Source of the DNA: Camelus dromedarius
Lineage: Eukaryota
NCBI RefSeq assembly: GCF_036321535.1
Contig: NC_087437.1
Coordinates: forward strand, 31,312,001 to 31,376,000
Length of the DNA stretch: 64,000 bases
Reading direction: 5' to 3'
Both the position numbers and the translations under genes were made by a program. Below, piece after piece: positions 14,440 through 26,774 of this stretch. Within the stretch, counting starts at the first letter, position 1; each line of letters begins with the position of its first letter. The notes under the pieces are model-generated. The model was not told the origin of the DNA. It saw only the letters and a list, made by a program, of their open reading frames with translations, and ran no database searches.

Positions 14440-16398
14440 ATTGCTTTGATTTGGAGTCAGAAACCTGATACCTTTTCTTCTGAACCAAAATGTCAGTGAA
14501 GCCCTGTGTTTTTAATGTGATGTACGGAATGCAGCCTTAAATATGTAAACTGGGGTTGGTAGGTAGTTTTTTTTAAGATTCATTTTGGAATAAGCTTCTC
14601 CTAAATGTAAGTCCTCCCAATGTGGATGGGTTCTTACAAGGAAGATGATTTCCTCCAAGACGGGTATGCAGTCCCAGCTTTCACCACTGTCATAGTCTTC
14701 AATACCATTTTGTAGTACAGCTTAATAACTTCATAGCCCTTCATTTGTACTATTAAGTTACTATTAATCTTAAAATTAACTAAGACAGAAAGTTAAATAT
14801 TACTCGTTCATTTTCTTATAGTGTGAAATCCAGTATTCAAAGGCCCCATTTTGGAGAATAAATCTCAGGCTACCATTTTCATATCTGGAAACTGACTGCA
14901 ATGTGGAAAGTGAACCAAATTATTCTTTAACAAATGAATTTCCCAAAGACTCTATGTTGTCAGGGCTGGGAGAAGCCAATGAGACATTTGTGCAAACACT
15001 TCTGAATGCCACGATAGAAAAATATTCACAAGGTGCCAATGAGTTGTCATGTCAGCAAGAACTTTGGGACTTTGAGCCAATCTCTGTAAAGTGGAATGGG
15101 ACTATTTCCTTTGATGACATGAACAGTTGAAAAAAAAACTCTCCAACATTACAGCACAAGTAAATCAGCAAATTCATTAAGCAAACACTGGCCTGCTTTT
15201 GCTCCAAGATATAGAAGAATAGCTGATTCATGGTATTAATTACTGAATCCATGGCTGTCTCATTTTAGCTTTTTAGCTCAAAGCAATTCCTGGAGGAAAT
15301 TAATGGATTTATGCATAGTGCCCCTACAAATACTGCCACCCCAGATTTGTTGCTTGATGGATCCAAGTTCAGCCCCACCCTTTGTGAGAACCTGATCTGT
15401 GGTGACACTTAACCGTTTGGAACAGTGCCTTCTACATCCAGTGGTCTGAGACCGTTCTCATCACAGAGTTAGCCATTTTCTGGTGTTTTGCCTTGCAGAG
15501 ACTCCTTGTTCAAAAGTTCTTTGGCCACTCCAACATTCTCAAAACATCTCAAATATATATAGCTAACAGTGTGCTATTATTTATATGTGTGCTAGTTTGC
15601 TGTAATAGAAAATGCCACCCCAAATTTAACTTATTGTGAAAGTTCTCAGCCATATTTTTTAACATGCTGAGATCCAGTGTTTTAATTATACCAATATTTG
15701 CAAATGCTTGTTTATGCTCTGGACACATAATTCCTGCTACATTCAAAAGAGACTCTTTTATAGAAGTGTTATCTGTTAAAAGGTTTAGATGCCCAGGCAG
15801 TTTTTTCACTTAATAGAGAACTGCATTTCACAGCAGACCATTTATTTTATTCTCATTCAAAAACAAACGCTGCTATTTCTTCAGTCCATTAAGTTTCCCA
15901 GCACCCATCTTTTCTGTATACCACTCATAGCTGGTTTCATTATGGTACCTTAAGTTGTCATTTTTCTTTGCAAATGTTCTTTGGATAGTCATCACATCCA
16001 CCAAAAACAAAGTGCACTGCTATTTTTTTTCTTGAAATACTCAACTCTGTTTTTTAGGAGATGCACAGTCCATTTTCCTCTAAATGTTACAATAATGAAA
16101 ATAGCAGCAGTCACATGGTTTGCAAATACAAAGGAAGGTGTGTGACTGACTAAACAGGGAGGGCAAAGCCCTTCCACAGAGGGCACTGCCCCTCATATTC
16201 AGGGGATGTCTGCCATGTGGGGACACTGGTTAAGGGAAGCTAGAAATCAGACATTTTAAAGAAAAATCTCCTAATTATCAAAATGTTGGTTACTCATTCC
16301 AAATTTATTAAAATACCAAGTAAGTCAGCACTGTCTAGCCAAGCAAAACAAGCCTGCAAGCTGAGTGCCAATCCATGAGCTGCCACTTACAACCTCTG
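14440..16398 (-). mobile_element. Charlie8-like hAT DNA transposon fossil with a degraded transposase
   Basis: Terminus cagaggttgtaagtggcagc (minus strand) is MER102/Charlie8-like. Minus-strand peptides IKESLLNVAGIMCPEHKQAFANI, STHINNSTLLAIYI and LFMSSK resemble the GTF2IRD2/Charlie8 transposase. Many stops and frameshifts. Confidence 0.75.
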
Positions 16399-17275
16399 GG
16401 GACGAAAACTGTAACAGTAAAGTCATCTATGTCCTACCTTTGTTTTAGTCCCCTAGAACTAAGAAGAGAAAGGGAACAATTACATCAGCATGCTTCTATG
16501 GAGTATGAATCCAAGGGCCATGATTAATTTGGAAATTTACTGATGAGGCAGCAAAACGCAGTTACAAAGGATAACCTTCTCAGACTCCGGCAGGAGTGGG
16601 GAGTCCTGGGCATTTCCCTTACCAGGTTGCTTGAAGTTAGAGTCTGCATCTGGAAATCAGCATAATAAAATTGCCTTGTGAGTTTGTCAAAATGATTAGA
16701 GGTGAAAGTATACACATTTCTCAGGGTATTGTTGGCATTTGGAAGGTGTTCCATAAATGGTAGCTATGACTGTTGTTACAAAACACAAAACGTGAGTTTC
16801 CAACAGCATTTTTGGTTGCCCTACAAACACCAGGTGTGCCCGGCTGCTCTCCCCCCTGCCGCCCCTCCCTCTCTACATCCAGTTGCATCACTCAGCACAG
16901 GGGTCCGCGCCACAGCTCGCTCCTCTGGCCGCTCAAGTCTTCTACCCCCTGCCCTGCCCGTGCTCTCACCTATACCTGGAATGCCTGCCCCTCCCTTCTT
17001 CGTCCAGCTACCTCCTTTGCAACTCAACCAAAATGTCACCTTTCCTTAGAAGTCTGTCTTTAGGGCCACCTCCCTTCAGTCTGGGTTGAGTGCTCCCTCA
17101 CATCCTGCCTTGCGTTTGCCCCCATCCAAGCATTTGTCAACTAGGTTGTCAACTGTGAGCTCCTGGGAGAGAGGAGCTGGGGCCACCCCCTCACTGTGCC
17201 TGTCCCCGAGCACCTGTGTGCAATGCCTTTGCCTGCCATGTAATTAGGGCTCAAAAAAAAAAGTGTCAAGGAAGA

Positions 17276-17394
17276 GGGGTGGGAGGTGTAGTTCAGTGGT
17301 GGAGCACATGCTTGACATGCACAAGGTCCTGGGTTCAATCCCCAGTGCCTCTGTTGAGGTGGGAGGGTTGGGGGGCAAAGTTAAAAAAAAAAAA
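17276..17394 (+). mobile_element. tRNA-Ala-derived SINE (Vic-1-like)
   Basis: ggtgtagttcagtggtggagcacatgcttgacatgcacaaggtcctgggttcaatccccagt followed by an A tail. Degenerate TSD aagtgtcaagga / aagttcaagga. Confidence 0.85.
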
Positions 17395-18115
17395 GTTCAA
17401 GGAGAAGGTATGAGGTGTTGAAGTAGCAACAGCCTACTCAGCGTCTGCTTCCCTCTTGCTTTACAAATGCAAATATTTGGCTGCTGGTTATCTTTCTCTT
17501 CCTCTTGCCTTTCCAAGCCTTACTTTACTCAGGCTACGGCCTCCACCCCATCCCCAAATCAATGGAGATTTCCATTCTGGAGTAGCAGGTAGTAAGACAG
17601 AGGGTGCTTAAGTGTCACTTCCTGGGGCTTGAAAGTGGGACTGGAAGGCCCTCTGAGAGGGTTCCTTTTGAAAGGTAATAGAGAACACAAAATAGAGTCC
17701 TCTATTTTGGAGGCAAAGGAAGGAAGAAATATGACCCAAGGTCTTACCTTTACTTTCAGAACTGGTGACTTCTTAGCTAAGCAAGAACAAGAATGGGTAT
17801 GCAGCCAAAGCGGGCTTGGGCACTGCCATCTCGCGCACCAGCGTACGTGGACCTGGGTCGGGGCTGCCCTTAGCACATACGAGGCCTCTGAGTAAGACAA
17901 AGCATCCAGAGGGATGCAGAGGGATGTAGACCTTTGCTGGGGGACTTAGCAATGGGAGGAGGATGGGCAGGACTTCAGCCCCCAAGTGCTGCTCATCCAG
18001 GTCCTTTCAGGAACGACCTACTGAAGTAGCCCTGATGTAAGAAAAAGTGTTTCCCTTTATGCACAATATTAGGGAAATGATCATGAATAATGTGCAAATA
18101 TTTATTCTTTTCTAG

Positions 18116-18153
18116 GAACATGGGTGACGTTTGGAGGTCAAATTTCAGATGAG
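18116..18153 (+). CDS. KCNAB1: KCNAB1 internal coding exon (about exon 3, 38 bp): (G)TWVTFGGQISDE
   Basis: Acceptor tttattcttttctag at 18101-18115 and donor gtgagt at 18154. The translation matches the Kv-beta1 core (beta2 has QITDE). Phase 1 to 0. Confidence 0.96.
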
Positions 18154-18469
18154 GTGAGTTACTTTTGGCTTCCATTATGCTAGTGAGAGAAAATGCAGAG
18201 CAAACTGTATGGGTAGGAGTACTCGTCCTGGGATGCTGGCATTTTATAAGGATGATATTTTTAATCATAGGAAATGGTTAAGATTAACTCAATTTATTTT
18301 CATTTTTATCTTGCTTCTTATATTTTTCACATTTAGACAATTCATAGCCCTTGAAGTTGTCAATCTATTATATGCGCAGGCTCAATAATTAGAGAACAAA
18401 CCAGTTTGGAATTAATATTTAGTCACTTTATGAAAAGATTTTATTGCTGGGGGTGTGTGTGTGTATTTT

Positions 18470-18549
18470 AGCTTCAGTTTGCATGGACTTTCCTGTTTTA
18501 GGATGGAATCTCTCAGTCCTGGGCAAACTGGGACAGTTGGTCACCCTGG
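18470..18549. mobile_element. MER94-like hAT-Blackjack fragment
   Basis: cagtcctgggcaaactgggacagttggtcaccctg terminus. Confidence 0.55.
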
Positions 18550-18725
18550 TTTGGGCAAGTTAATCCAACCTCTCTGATCCTCAGTTTCTTTTATGCAAAA
18601 TGGAATGGCAATGTTGACCTTGAAGGTCTGTTGAAAAGATTGACTATGTTATGCATGTCAGACATTTGTATAGCCCTCTGGACTAGTAGGTAGCAGACAC
18701 TCAATAAATGGAATCTATAATAATT
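18550..18725 (+). mobile_element. MIR SINE
   Basis: ttgggcaagttaatccaacctctctgatcctcagtttc core and cactcaataaatg tail. Confidence 0.7.
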
Positions 18726-19257
18726 GTATTTACCATTAAATTCCTTTAAATCTCCATTTACACATTCAGAGCAGTGCTTACCAAAGAAATATTCTTCCCT
18801 TTGCCTTCATGGTGTAAGTGAGCTATGGAGTAACTGAGTACCAACAACTCCCTGATGAAATCCCCTCCGGTCCCTCCGAGCCTCCCTTATCTTCCTCAGC
18901 ACCCTAAGGTGTCAGGGGAAGTGTACTGAGTGGATACACTCAGTGGGATCCTGTTCATTCCACATTAATTAGATTTACTAACACTTATATTTACCAACGG
19001 TTAGCCCCTAAGCTTAATGAACTGATGCCTCTGAAGTGCTCAGCCCTGTGCCTTGCCCAGGAATAAGCCCTTTATACGGGTACTTCTTACTATCAGTCCT
19101 ATAGAGACGCTTGGGGAAATGGAGTGTCTTTTCTGCAGCTCCCAAGGTCACCAGTGTTATTTAACAGATCTCGGTGGGGGAGGGGGGGTCTCATCTTCAT
19201 ATTCTTATCTGTCTAAATGCTTGTTCCCAGTATTGAGCATAGATCACTACACAGAGT

Positions 19258-19680
19258 TTGTCACATGGGGCAGTCCTTGGGAAGTAGATGTGTGGTTGAA
19301 ATTAGCATGCAGAACAGTTATTGGGAAGTTGGACCACAGTGCCGTCCCAGCCATGACCTCAGCTGCCCCCGTGGGGAGCTCGAGGCTGAGATGGCCTTGC
19401 AGAGTGGTCCCAGGGTGGGGCAAGAGGAGCGAGCATTTGCATACCTTGTATGACCAGTCGTTGGATAGAGGCTGCCCTGGGAGGCAGGTCTGACCTTGGG
19501 CTAGGCGACTCACTTTAGCCAAGTGCCATCTGATGGCAGCATTCCTAGCAGCTAGGGGGATAATCCCTGAGCTCTGAAGGAGGGCCAGGTGGCCATCCCA
19601 GGGTTGACTCCTGGACCCTCCAACTGGCATTGGGAAGGGTGCCTGGAGGAGGCACAGAGGCAAGTCCACAGGTATCAAAG
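19258..19680. mobile_element. LTR16-family (ERVL) solo LTR
   Basis: gggagctcgaggctgagatggccttgcagag...gaccagtcgttggatagaggctgccc...tgaccttggg matches recalled LTR16 motifs. Confidence 0.55.
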
Positions 19681-20544
19681 CAATGGCTGCAGGCTTTAAT
19701 CAGATGCAGAACAGGTACATGGAAGGAGAGAAGTCTAAAGTTAATAGTCTCCTGGGTCTAGCAAGTACAAAACCTTATACTGCCTTGGTGCTTAGAGGGG
19801 AAAATGACAAAAATATCTTTCCTTTCAGAGTAGAGGGGTCAACTGTAAACATGTTACTTCCCCCTTCATCTTTGCTCTCCCCTTGCCAGTGTCTGCCTGC
19901 TCTGCACAGAACCCAGGTTGCCCAGGTCAGAGTGTGCAGGGCTGGCCTCTGAAACGAATCATTTCAAAATTACAATTCTAAAAACTACACAATAAAGCTG
20001 TCGGGAAGGGTTACAGAGTCTCTCACCTCATACGCACACCAGAAAAAGAGCTATTGTCCTTTCCGGAGAGCAGCTGTGGCTCCCCTCCCTGCCACCAGGG
20101 ATGAGACTGCCCACAAGAAGGAGAGGAGACAGCCAGACCACACTCACACCTGTGGCTGAACTGGTAGCACTCAGCTATTCCCATGTGGCAGTGCAGCCAA
20201 AAATACAAATAGACACGAATATGGGATCCCGGGATGACCACACCGTAATGTGCTGAGTGACATAAGCATCAGTGCGGCCTCGGGATGTGGTGATGTCCCC
20301 GTTACTGGAAGAGTTCAACTATTTATTAAATAGCCACTTGGCAGGAATAGTGTCAAAATGATGCAAACTTGAAAATAGGTAACTGTGAGGTCCCTCCCAA
20401 AGCTGATTTGACTTCAGCAAAAAACCAAGATAGATGTTACTCACGTGAGTTGTAATATTTTAAATAGTGATAAGAGCGTACTCCCACCTCATAGCACTTA
20501 ATCCTCAGAGCTCTATTTGTCTTTTCTCACCTGTGGGTTGGTGA

Positions 20545-21140
20545 GGCTTCCTTTGATTGCAGGTAACAGTAAACCGAATGCAAATTGGCTTAATCAATAA
20601 GAAAAACTATTTCTACTTTCATATTAGAAGTGCAGGGGCAGGAGAGGGGTGTGGCTCAGTGGTAGAGCACATGCTTAGCATTCAGAGGTCCTGGGTTCAA
20701 TCCCCAGTACCTCCTCTAAAAATAAATAAATAATAAACATACCTAATTACCTCCTTCTTCCAAAAAAAAAAAGTGTAGAGTAAAAGCAAGCTTCTGAGTT
20801 GACCCAGTCAGAGCCTCCATTCTATTTCCTAGTGATTCTCCTGGCTTTGTGTTCCTTTGTGCATCAAAGACTACACCCTCACCTGGTAAGAGAGTGGTAG
20901 GAATTCTGGTCTTCGATTAGAATAGCAGTAACTCTTGAGAATAGAGTATTGTTTCTAAAAAGTCTGCAAGAAGAACAGGAAAAGTGTTCCCAGAGGCCCT
21001 CAGCCAGCCTCTCCTCACATCTCACTGGCCCAGATGTGTCACGTGGCCTTCGCTGATGCACGGTTAGCCCATCAGGCCCCCACTGGACGGAGGTGAGGTC
21101 AGCTTCCCCTGAGACCTGTGGGCTCCCTGGGGGACCTGGA
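20545..21140 (-). mobile_element. Old MLT1-type LTR interrupted by a SINE
   Basis: gattgcaggtaacagtaaacc...ttggcttaatcaataag and cctcacatctcactggcccagatgtgtcacgtgg. Confidence 0.5.
20641..20772 (+). mobile_element. tRNA-Ala-derived SINE (Vic-1-like), long-tail form
   Basis: gtggctcagtggtagagcacatgcttagc...gggttcaatccccagtacctcc head, acctaattacctcc tail and poly-A. Confidence 0.88.
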
Positions 21141-22571
21141 CAGAATCTTCATTTTGCAGATGAAGAAACTGAAACACTGAGAGGTCAAAAGATGTACCCA
21201 CATTTATTGATCTAGTGTGTGGTCCACTCAAGGCCAGACACGGGTCCTCTGACTTAGTTCAGTGACTTCTTTTCATTATTCCACATTCAGGTCTTCAAGT
21301 CTCTTGACTGGGAAACATCTCAGCAATCACTCAGTCCAATTCTCCATCCAGGATTCTCCATCTTACCTCGAAATTTCTTTCTAGATAAGACTTATTATAC
21401 ACATTTACTAATAGTAACCCACTAGTATGTCATGCAACACAATCCAAGGATGATAGACAATACAAGCACAATAATTTCTAAAATACAAGGCAGTCATGAT
21501 GTGAAAAACTATACTGGTCTTAAATTTAATTTCCACTTAGGATAAATGTCACATCGTAGCAAATTAAAAGCAGTAATAGCATTTTTGCTGCTATTCCTCT
21601 AATGGATTTGCATGCAGTCCATTTTGCTAGCCTGACAATTTTCTGGCTCTGCTTATTTTTAAAAAATAGGAAAAGAGTTTATCTTGGAAATGCTGATGAA
21701 GCACCTTTAGCCTACAATGAAAAACATAATGGAATAATCAATTTCAACTATTTGCGAGGTGTGTAATTTTTCAGTTGACTGATAAGTCTACCAGCAAAAT
21801 GAAAAACTGTCCTTTCTTCAGTGTTGTTGACCACCGTCCCCACAGAGCTGTCCCTCATGGGGTTGTTTCCAGGGACCCTTCGTGCTGCTCTCTCACACCT
21901 GCCGCTTGTGTTCAGCAGCACGACGGAAGGAACAGGGAGCTGGGTGAGCTACTTGCAGGCTGACCGGTGAGGAGCCGGCCCCCAGGTGAGCTGGCGCGCT
22001 CACTGCCTCCGCTCTGTGTCATGTCTTTCTGTGATGGTGCCCCGGGTTGTGCTGAGCTGTGGGCGGCAGGAGTTTTACAACCATCCCAGCTCCGTCTAAC
22101 CCTTGGTTCATCAGCACAGTCTGCTAAGCCTCCCGGGAAGAAAGGCATGAGCTTTTAGGTCAGGAGTCACCCAGCTGCCAGAACTTACTGGCTTGGGGAA
22201 AAGAGGAAGAAAAGGAATGAAGCACCAGTGATACAAAGGACCCGGTTTGTCACAGAGATTCCAAGGCCACAGAGAATGTGGTCAAACTGAGGCTCCCAGC
22301 AATGAGAAGCAGAAGCCGTGCTCCTGTGGCCGCCTTATCCCAGCATGGAAGGAAATCCCTCAGGGCCTGGTCCAGGCTGAGGGAAGGGTTTTTTCCCCTG
22401 TACAGGCTGGTTGAATCTTCTTTTTTTTTTTTCTTTCTTTCATACAACTGAGAAAAGCAAGAGTGGTCCATGGGATTTCCATGTTCTTAAAGACCACCAG
22501 AGGATTCCAAGTTGCTTCCCAGGTTTGGAAAGCACTTGGCTTTTCTGACTGACCTTCGCATCCCCTTGCAG

Positions 22572-22651
22572 GTTGCTGAACGGCTGATGACAATTGCCTA
22601 TGAGAGCGGAGTGAATCTCTTTGACACTGCCGAGGTCTATGCTGCTGGCAA
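22572..22651 (+). CDS. KCNAB1: KCNAB1 coding exon (about exon 4, 80 bp): [26 protein letters not shown](K)
   Basis: Acceptor ccccttgcag with an upstream ctgac branch-like motif; donor gtaagt at 22652. Contains the AKR catalytic Asp and Tyr (DTAEVY). Phase 0 to 2. Confidence 0.97.
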
Positions 22652-23390
22652 GTAAGTCAGAGCCCGGTGTGTCCCTCAGGTGGCATTTCTGGAACAAAGG
22701 ACCCTGCCCAGACCTTTGTTGACACATTGGCGAGAAGGGTCTATCCATCCCACACGTGTTGATGCCACTGCTTTTCTCCCTGCCTCTCCCACCCCTGCAG
22801 GACTGGGGACGTTGACCATCTCTGGGTCCATCTGCCCACCCAGACCTTCCCCACTCTGGTCCCTGTATGAAGAATGGACTGACTGGAAGCAGTAGCCACG
22901 ATCTACATGAGGGGCCGAGGTGGTTGGGACCGGAGTGCGAGCAGCAGAGTTCCATAAATGTTAGCTGAATGTAATTCATTCAAATGAGCAGCTTCCAGTG
23001 TGGTTGTTCCAAAGCTAGTCTCGTTACTTCGTAAGCACAGCTCATAGCTCCTCAGCCCTGCGGTGAACTGGGACCTCCTCTCTGCAGGAAAGCTAGGGCT
23101 GCTTTTCCTGTTTGCAGGCCTGTCCCTCCACCCAGCAATACAGGTAGATCAGAGATTAAAGGAGAGACTCCCAAAGATGCCAAGAAGCCTGATTTTTTTT
23201 CTTCAACAAACCATCTTTTATTAACACTATTATTCCAAAATCACTCCAACAGGTTATAGCACAAGAGCAATTTTTCCAAAAAACCTTCTAAAATATAGTA
23301 CTGAGAAGACAATCCTCAAAATACAGAATATCATTATATATTGAAATCCTCAGTCAGCTAGCTATAAAGGGTTTTATCACCTTTTTCGCC

Positions 23391-23470
23391 TTTTTTTTTT
23401 CAGTTGAAGTATTGTCCATGTGCAGTGTTGTGTTAGTTTCTGGTACAGCATGGTGATATATGTATACTTT
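23391..23470 (-). mobile_element. Very short L1 3'-terminal fragment
   Basis: Poly-T followed by ttgaagtattg...gttagtttctggtacagca, the same terminus as the longer L1s in this window. Confidence 0.65.
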
Positions 23471-25189
23471 CATAAGAGGGCGTTTCAGACCCCATTCTGA
23501 GGACAGAGAGGGCTGCAAAGCAGCCTCTCTTGCTGGAGAAGTCACCTCTAGCTCCAAGCTTCCTATGGAGCAGAGAGCATGTCTGGGGCTCCAGGACGGG
23601 GCTCACTGCCAAGTCACGCAGGCACCGTGCCCTCGGGCTGGGCCTCGGGGTCCATGCCCTCTGGTCTGCACAGCAAGCGCATTTCAGCAGAAGTGAAGCA
23701 CTTTGGCCCCCGGCTGTGAACATGGATGCAGGTCCTGGCAGGGAGAGAATCTAAGAGGCTGGACAGCTGCTTGAGCAGCTCTGCAGTTCGCTACCTGGAC
23801 TGTGGTACATAATCCCCTGCGGGCCTGATGCCCCCGCTCTGGGGAAAAATTATAGTCAAACTGCTGAATCAGGTTCGTAGCTGCCAGGTCAAAGTGCATT
23901 CTCCTAGCCTGGGTTTCCTCCTTTTCAAGGGCAGGTCTGTGTTTAAGGACCATCAGGGAGGTTCTGAGCCCACATCCTCGGTGTTTGAAAATGAAATCGA
24001 TGAGGCCTTGCTCCTTTCCACACATCACTCTATCCCAGTGTTCTTTTCTCGTGTTGAATCCTGCTTAGTACCAAGTGGGGCTAAGGCTGGAAAAGGAAGC
24101 AGTGATTAACAAGTCTGTTAGAGTGGTGTTTGTATTCTTGTTCTGAAGGATAATCAGTCCTGATTATAATTATTGACTGATGATCAGTGTGTAACGAGAT
24201 AGGTTCCCACTGCGAAGTGCAAGGTTGCAAGAGAAACAGACGTGGGGAAAGAACCCTGGGGCGACATTCCATGCCTGTCTACTTGGGGCACGCTCCTGTC
24301 TAACCCGCGCCATGCTTTATTACCAGCCTGTACACTCCAACAAAGGCAGACATTTCTCAGTTAAGACGAATCACAATTAGTGATGACTCGTGTACAGGCC
24401 ACCAAAGGACAAAGCGCTGATTCTGCTGATGTCCCCATTTACAGAGCCTCTGAGAACACAGCTGCTTCTCACGACGTCGGTCTGACTGGGAGGAAACTAG
24501 AAGAAAGTTTTAGTCACCGTAAGCTTGGCTCCCAGCTGGGGTAGGCAGAGGAGGAGAGGACGGTGGGGATGTATAACTGCAGCTCTCCACAACCAGCCCA
24601 AGGGGCAGGAAGGACACTTCCCTATGACTTCTTACTCCTGCTCCCGCGACAGTGCTTGTCACTGGAACCCAGGACTTTCTCCATGGGGGCCACTGCATCC
24701 GCAGTCCTGGCTTTGGGACATCTAAACCCACACATGGGTTTTTTCACCCTGCAAAATTGCCAGCGAGTCAATATTTTCTGTCTGAAAAGAGTGAGGTCTC
24801 ATTGTCCTCCCCAGGCACCATTGGAGACCACAGCCATTAGAAAGAAACCCTTGACTCCCACCAGACACTGCCAAGCAGGACAGTTATTTATGGGATCAGT
24901 GGCTCAAAAACACCAAACTGCCAAATGACTCCACTGCTTCCTAGTATCAGGACCGCAGGCGGTCTCCTGCCAGTGTGCCAGGATTTGGCAGGTGCTTCGG
25001 GAACGCTCCGGGAGCAGGATTCTGCATGCACAAGCAGAAACAGCGGAAACTGTGCCACCAGCCGAGAGTGGCTTCTATTTTCGGGACATGTAGGCACTGA
25101 GAGTTCAAACCAGGAAGGGATCTGGTGTTTTGGATTGACTCTTGCATTTCCAGGACACTGTATCCTAAAATATTATGTTTCCCCTTCAG

Positions 25190-25234
25190 GGCTGAAGTGA
25201 TCCTGGGGAGCATCATCAAGAAGAAAGGCTGGAG
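25190..25234 (+). CDS. KCNAB1: KCNAB1 coding exon (about exon 5, 45 bp): AEVILGSIIKKKGW(R)
   Basis: Acceptor tttccccttcag and donor gtaagg at 25235. In frame with both neighbours. Phase 2 to 2. Confidence 0.96.
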
Positions 25235-25630
25235 GTAAGGTCTTCACCATAGTCACTTACTTGCCTTTAAAAAGGCTGTGATTATTTTGCACCAGAGAAA
25301 AGAAAATAAAATCACATGACAACTGACTGAAAGGCTGTCAAAAATAAAATGTCAACTCTTGGTAAAGAAATGATTTACAGTGCTTTGAAAATAAATATCA
25401 GTGAGTTCATTACTTGTGCTTCAAGAATTATTGACTAGTCATTAGTGACAATGAATCACCATGGGGATGCACAGAGGAGGAATGTTCATGAAATATTCGT
25501 GCCTCAAAGAAAGTGGCATTTTTGTGGTTTCCGACTGCCATTTGTGGTCATCCGGTGAAGGAAGCCAGCTGACAGGAAGCTGATTATCTGTACACATGTA
25601 TTTATGTTCACTGTAAATTTTATCTATTAG

Positions 25631-25710
25631 ATTTTTTAATTGAAGTATACTTAGTTACAATGTGTCAGTTTCTGAGTACAACATAATGTTTCAGTCATAC
25701 ATATATCATT
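25631..25710 (-). mobile_element. Very short L1 3'-terminal fragment
   Basis: ttttttaattgaagtatac...ttacaatgtgtcagtttctg. Confidence 0.65.
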
Positions 25711-26347
25711 GTTCATTTAGTTAACAACTCTGGATGCAAAGAAATGAAACAAGAATCCCTTGGAATATATATCCCAAAGCTTTCTTACCTGAACACAATT
25801 AGCCAGCACTGAGTCTCCTGTGTGCTACAGCCCTGGTGTCTGGGCATTCAGGAGAATGCTTCATCTGCTGTTCCCGGGGGGTTATGTCCCATCCCACCAC
25901 CATCTATAGCCAAAGCCAGTAGTGATGAAGGATGCTATAACATGCTTCCCCACCCCACCTCACTACATGTGTCAACCCAGCAGTCACCTCTTCCCCAGCA
26001 TGAGGACAGAATCAGGCAAACCCCAGCGAAGACCACCGGACAAATGTGGCATCCTCTTCTGCTCTGGTGTAAGATCTGCTGATGGCCAAATAAGTAACAG
26101 CCATATAGTATGAGTGGCAGCAGAAACTCAAAAATGTATGGAGATATATGAACAAATAAAATTTGGTGACCTACTTTCTGCCTCTCTCCTTACCTCTCCC
26201 CACTCCAGGAACTGTCAGGGTATGAAGAGAAAATTGTATTCAACCTTAAATTTGGAAAGATATTCACATCCCCACCCAGTTCTCCACCTCACCTGAGTTC
26301 CTTCCGCACCCAGAGTGTTGGTCCATCCATCGCTGCTCACAGAGCAC

Positions 26348-26774
26348 TGTATCATTTCCAAGGGCTGCTGTACCAATGTGCCACAAAGGTGGCTTAAAAC
26401 AACACTAGATTATTCCCTCGCAGTCCTAGGGGCCAAAAGTCCAAAACGAATGTTTGAACAAATGAATCCTTCCTTCCCTCTTCCAAGGTTTTGGGGGTTG
26501 CTGGCAATCTTCTGCCTTCCTTGGCTTATAGCTACAGCCATTCAACCTCTGCTCTGTCACCATGTGGCATTCTGCCCTCGTGTGTCTGTATGTCCTCTTA
26601 TAAAGACTCCAGTCATATTGAACAAAGGACCCACCCTACTCCAGTACGACCTCATCTTCATTTAACTCATTACATCTACAATGACCCTATTTCCAAATAA
26701 GCTCCCATTCTGAGGTACTGGGGGATGGGACGTTATCACATCTTTCAGGGAGGGACACAATTCAACCTGTAACA
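26348..26774 (-). mobile_element. MLT1C-like MaLR solo LTR
   Basis: TG...CA ends; ggtggcttaaaacaac; gaccctatttccaaataag...ttctgaggtactgggg...gacacaattcaacc. Confidence 0.8.

Noticed and set aside
14903..15130. Protein-like 75-aa plus-strand ORF (MESEPNYS...)
   Set aside because: It is antisense to the Charlie8 transposase remnant, with no supporting splice or start context.
15549..15809. GTF2IRD2/EPM2AIP1-like domesticated transposase gene
   Set aside because: The frame is broken repeatedly across the element, so it is a transposon fossil.
1..18115. Orthologue of a KCNAB1 antisense lncRNA
   Set aside because: It cannot be identified from sequence alone, and no exon structure can be supported.
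18925..18944. 8-bp hairpin actgagtg-gata-cactcagt
   Set aside because: Expected by chance in 64 kb, and intrinsic terminators are not relevant in a mammalian intron.
21911..21935. REST/RE1 site (cagcacgacggaagg)
   Set aside because: Several mismatches fall in the core GGACAG half, so it cannot be supported.
22510..22571. Alternative acceptor 49 nt upstream of exon 4
   Set aside because: It would shift the frame, and nothing supports it beyond an AG with a short pyrimidine tract.
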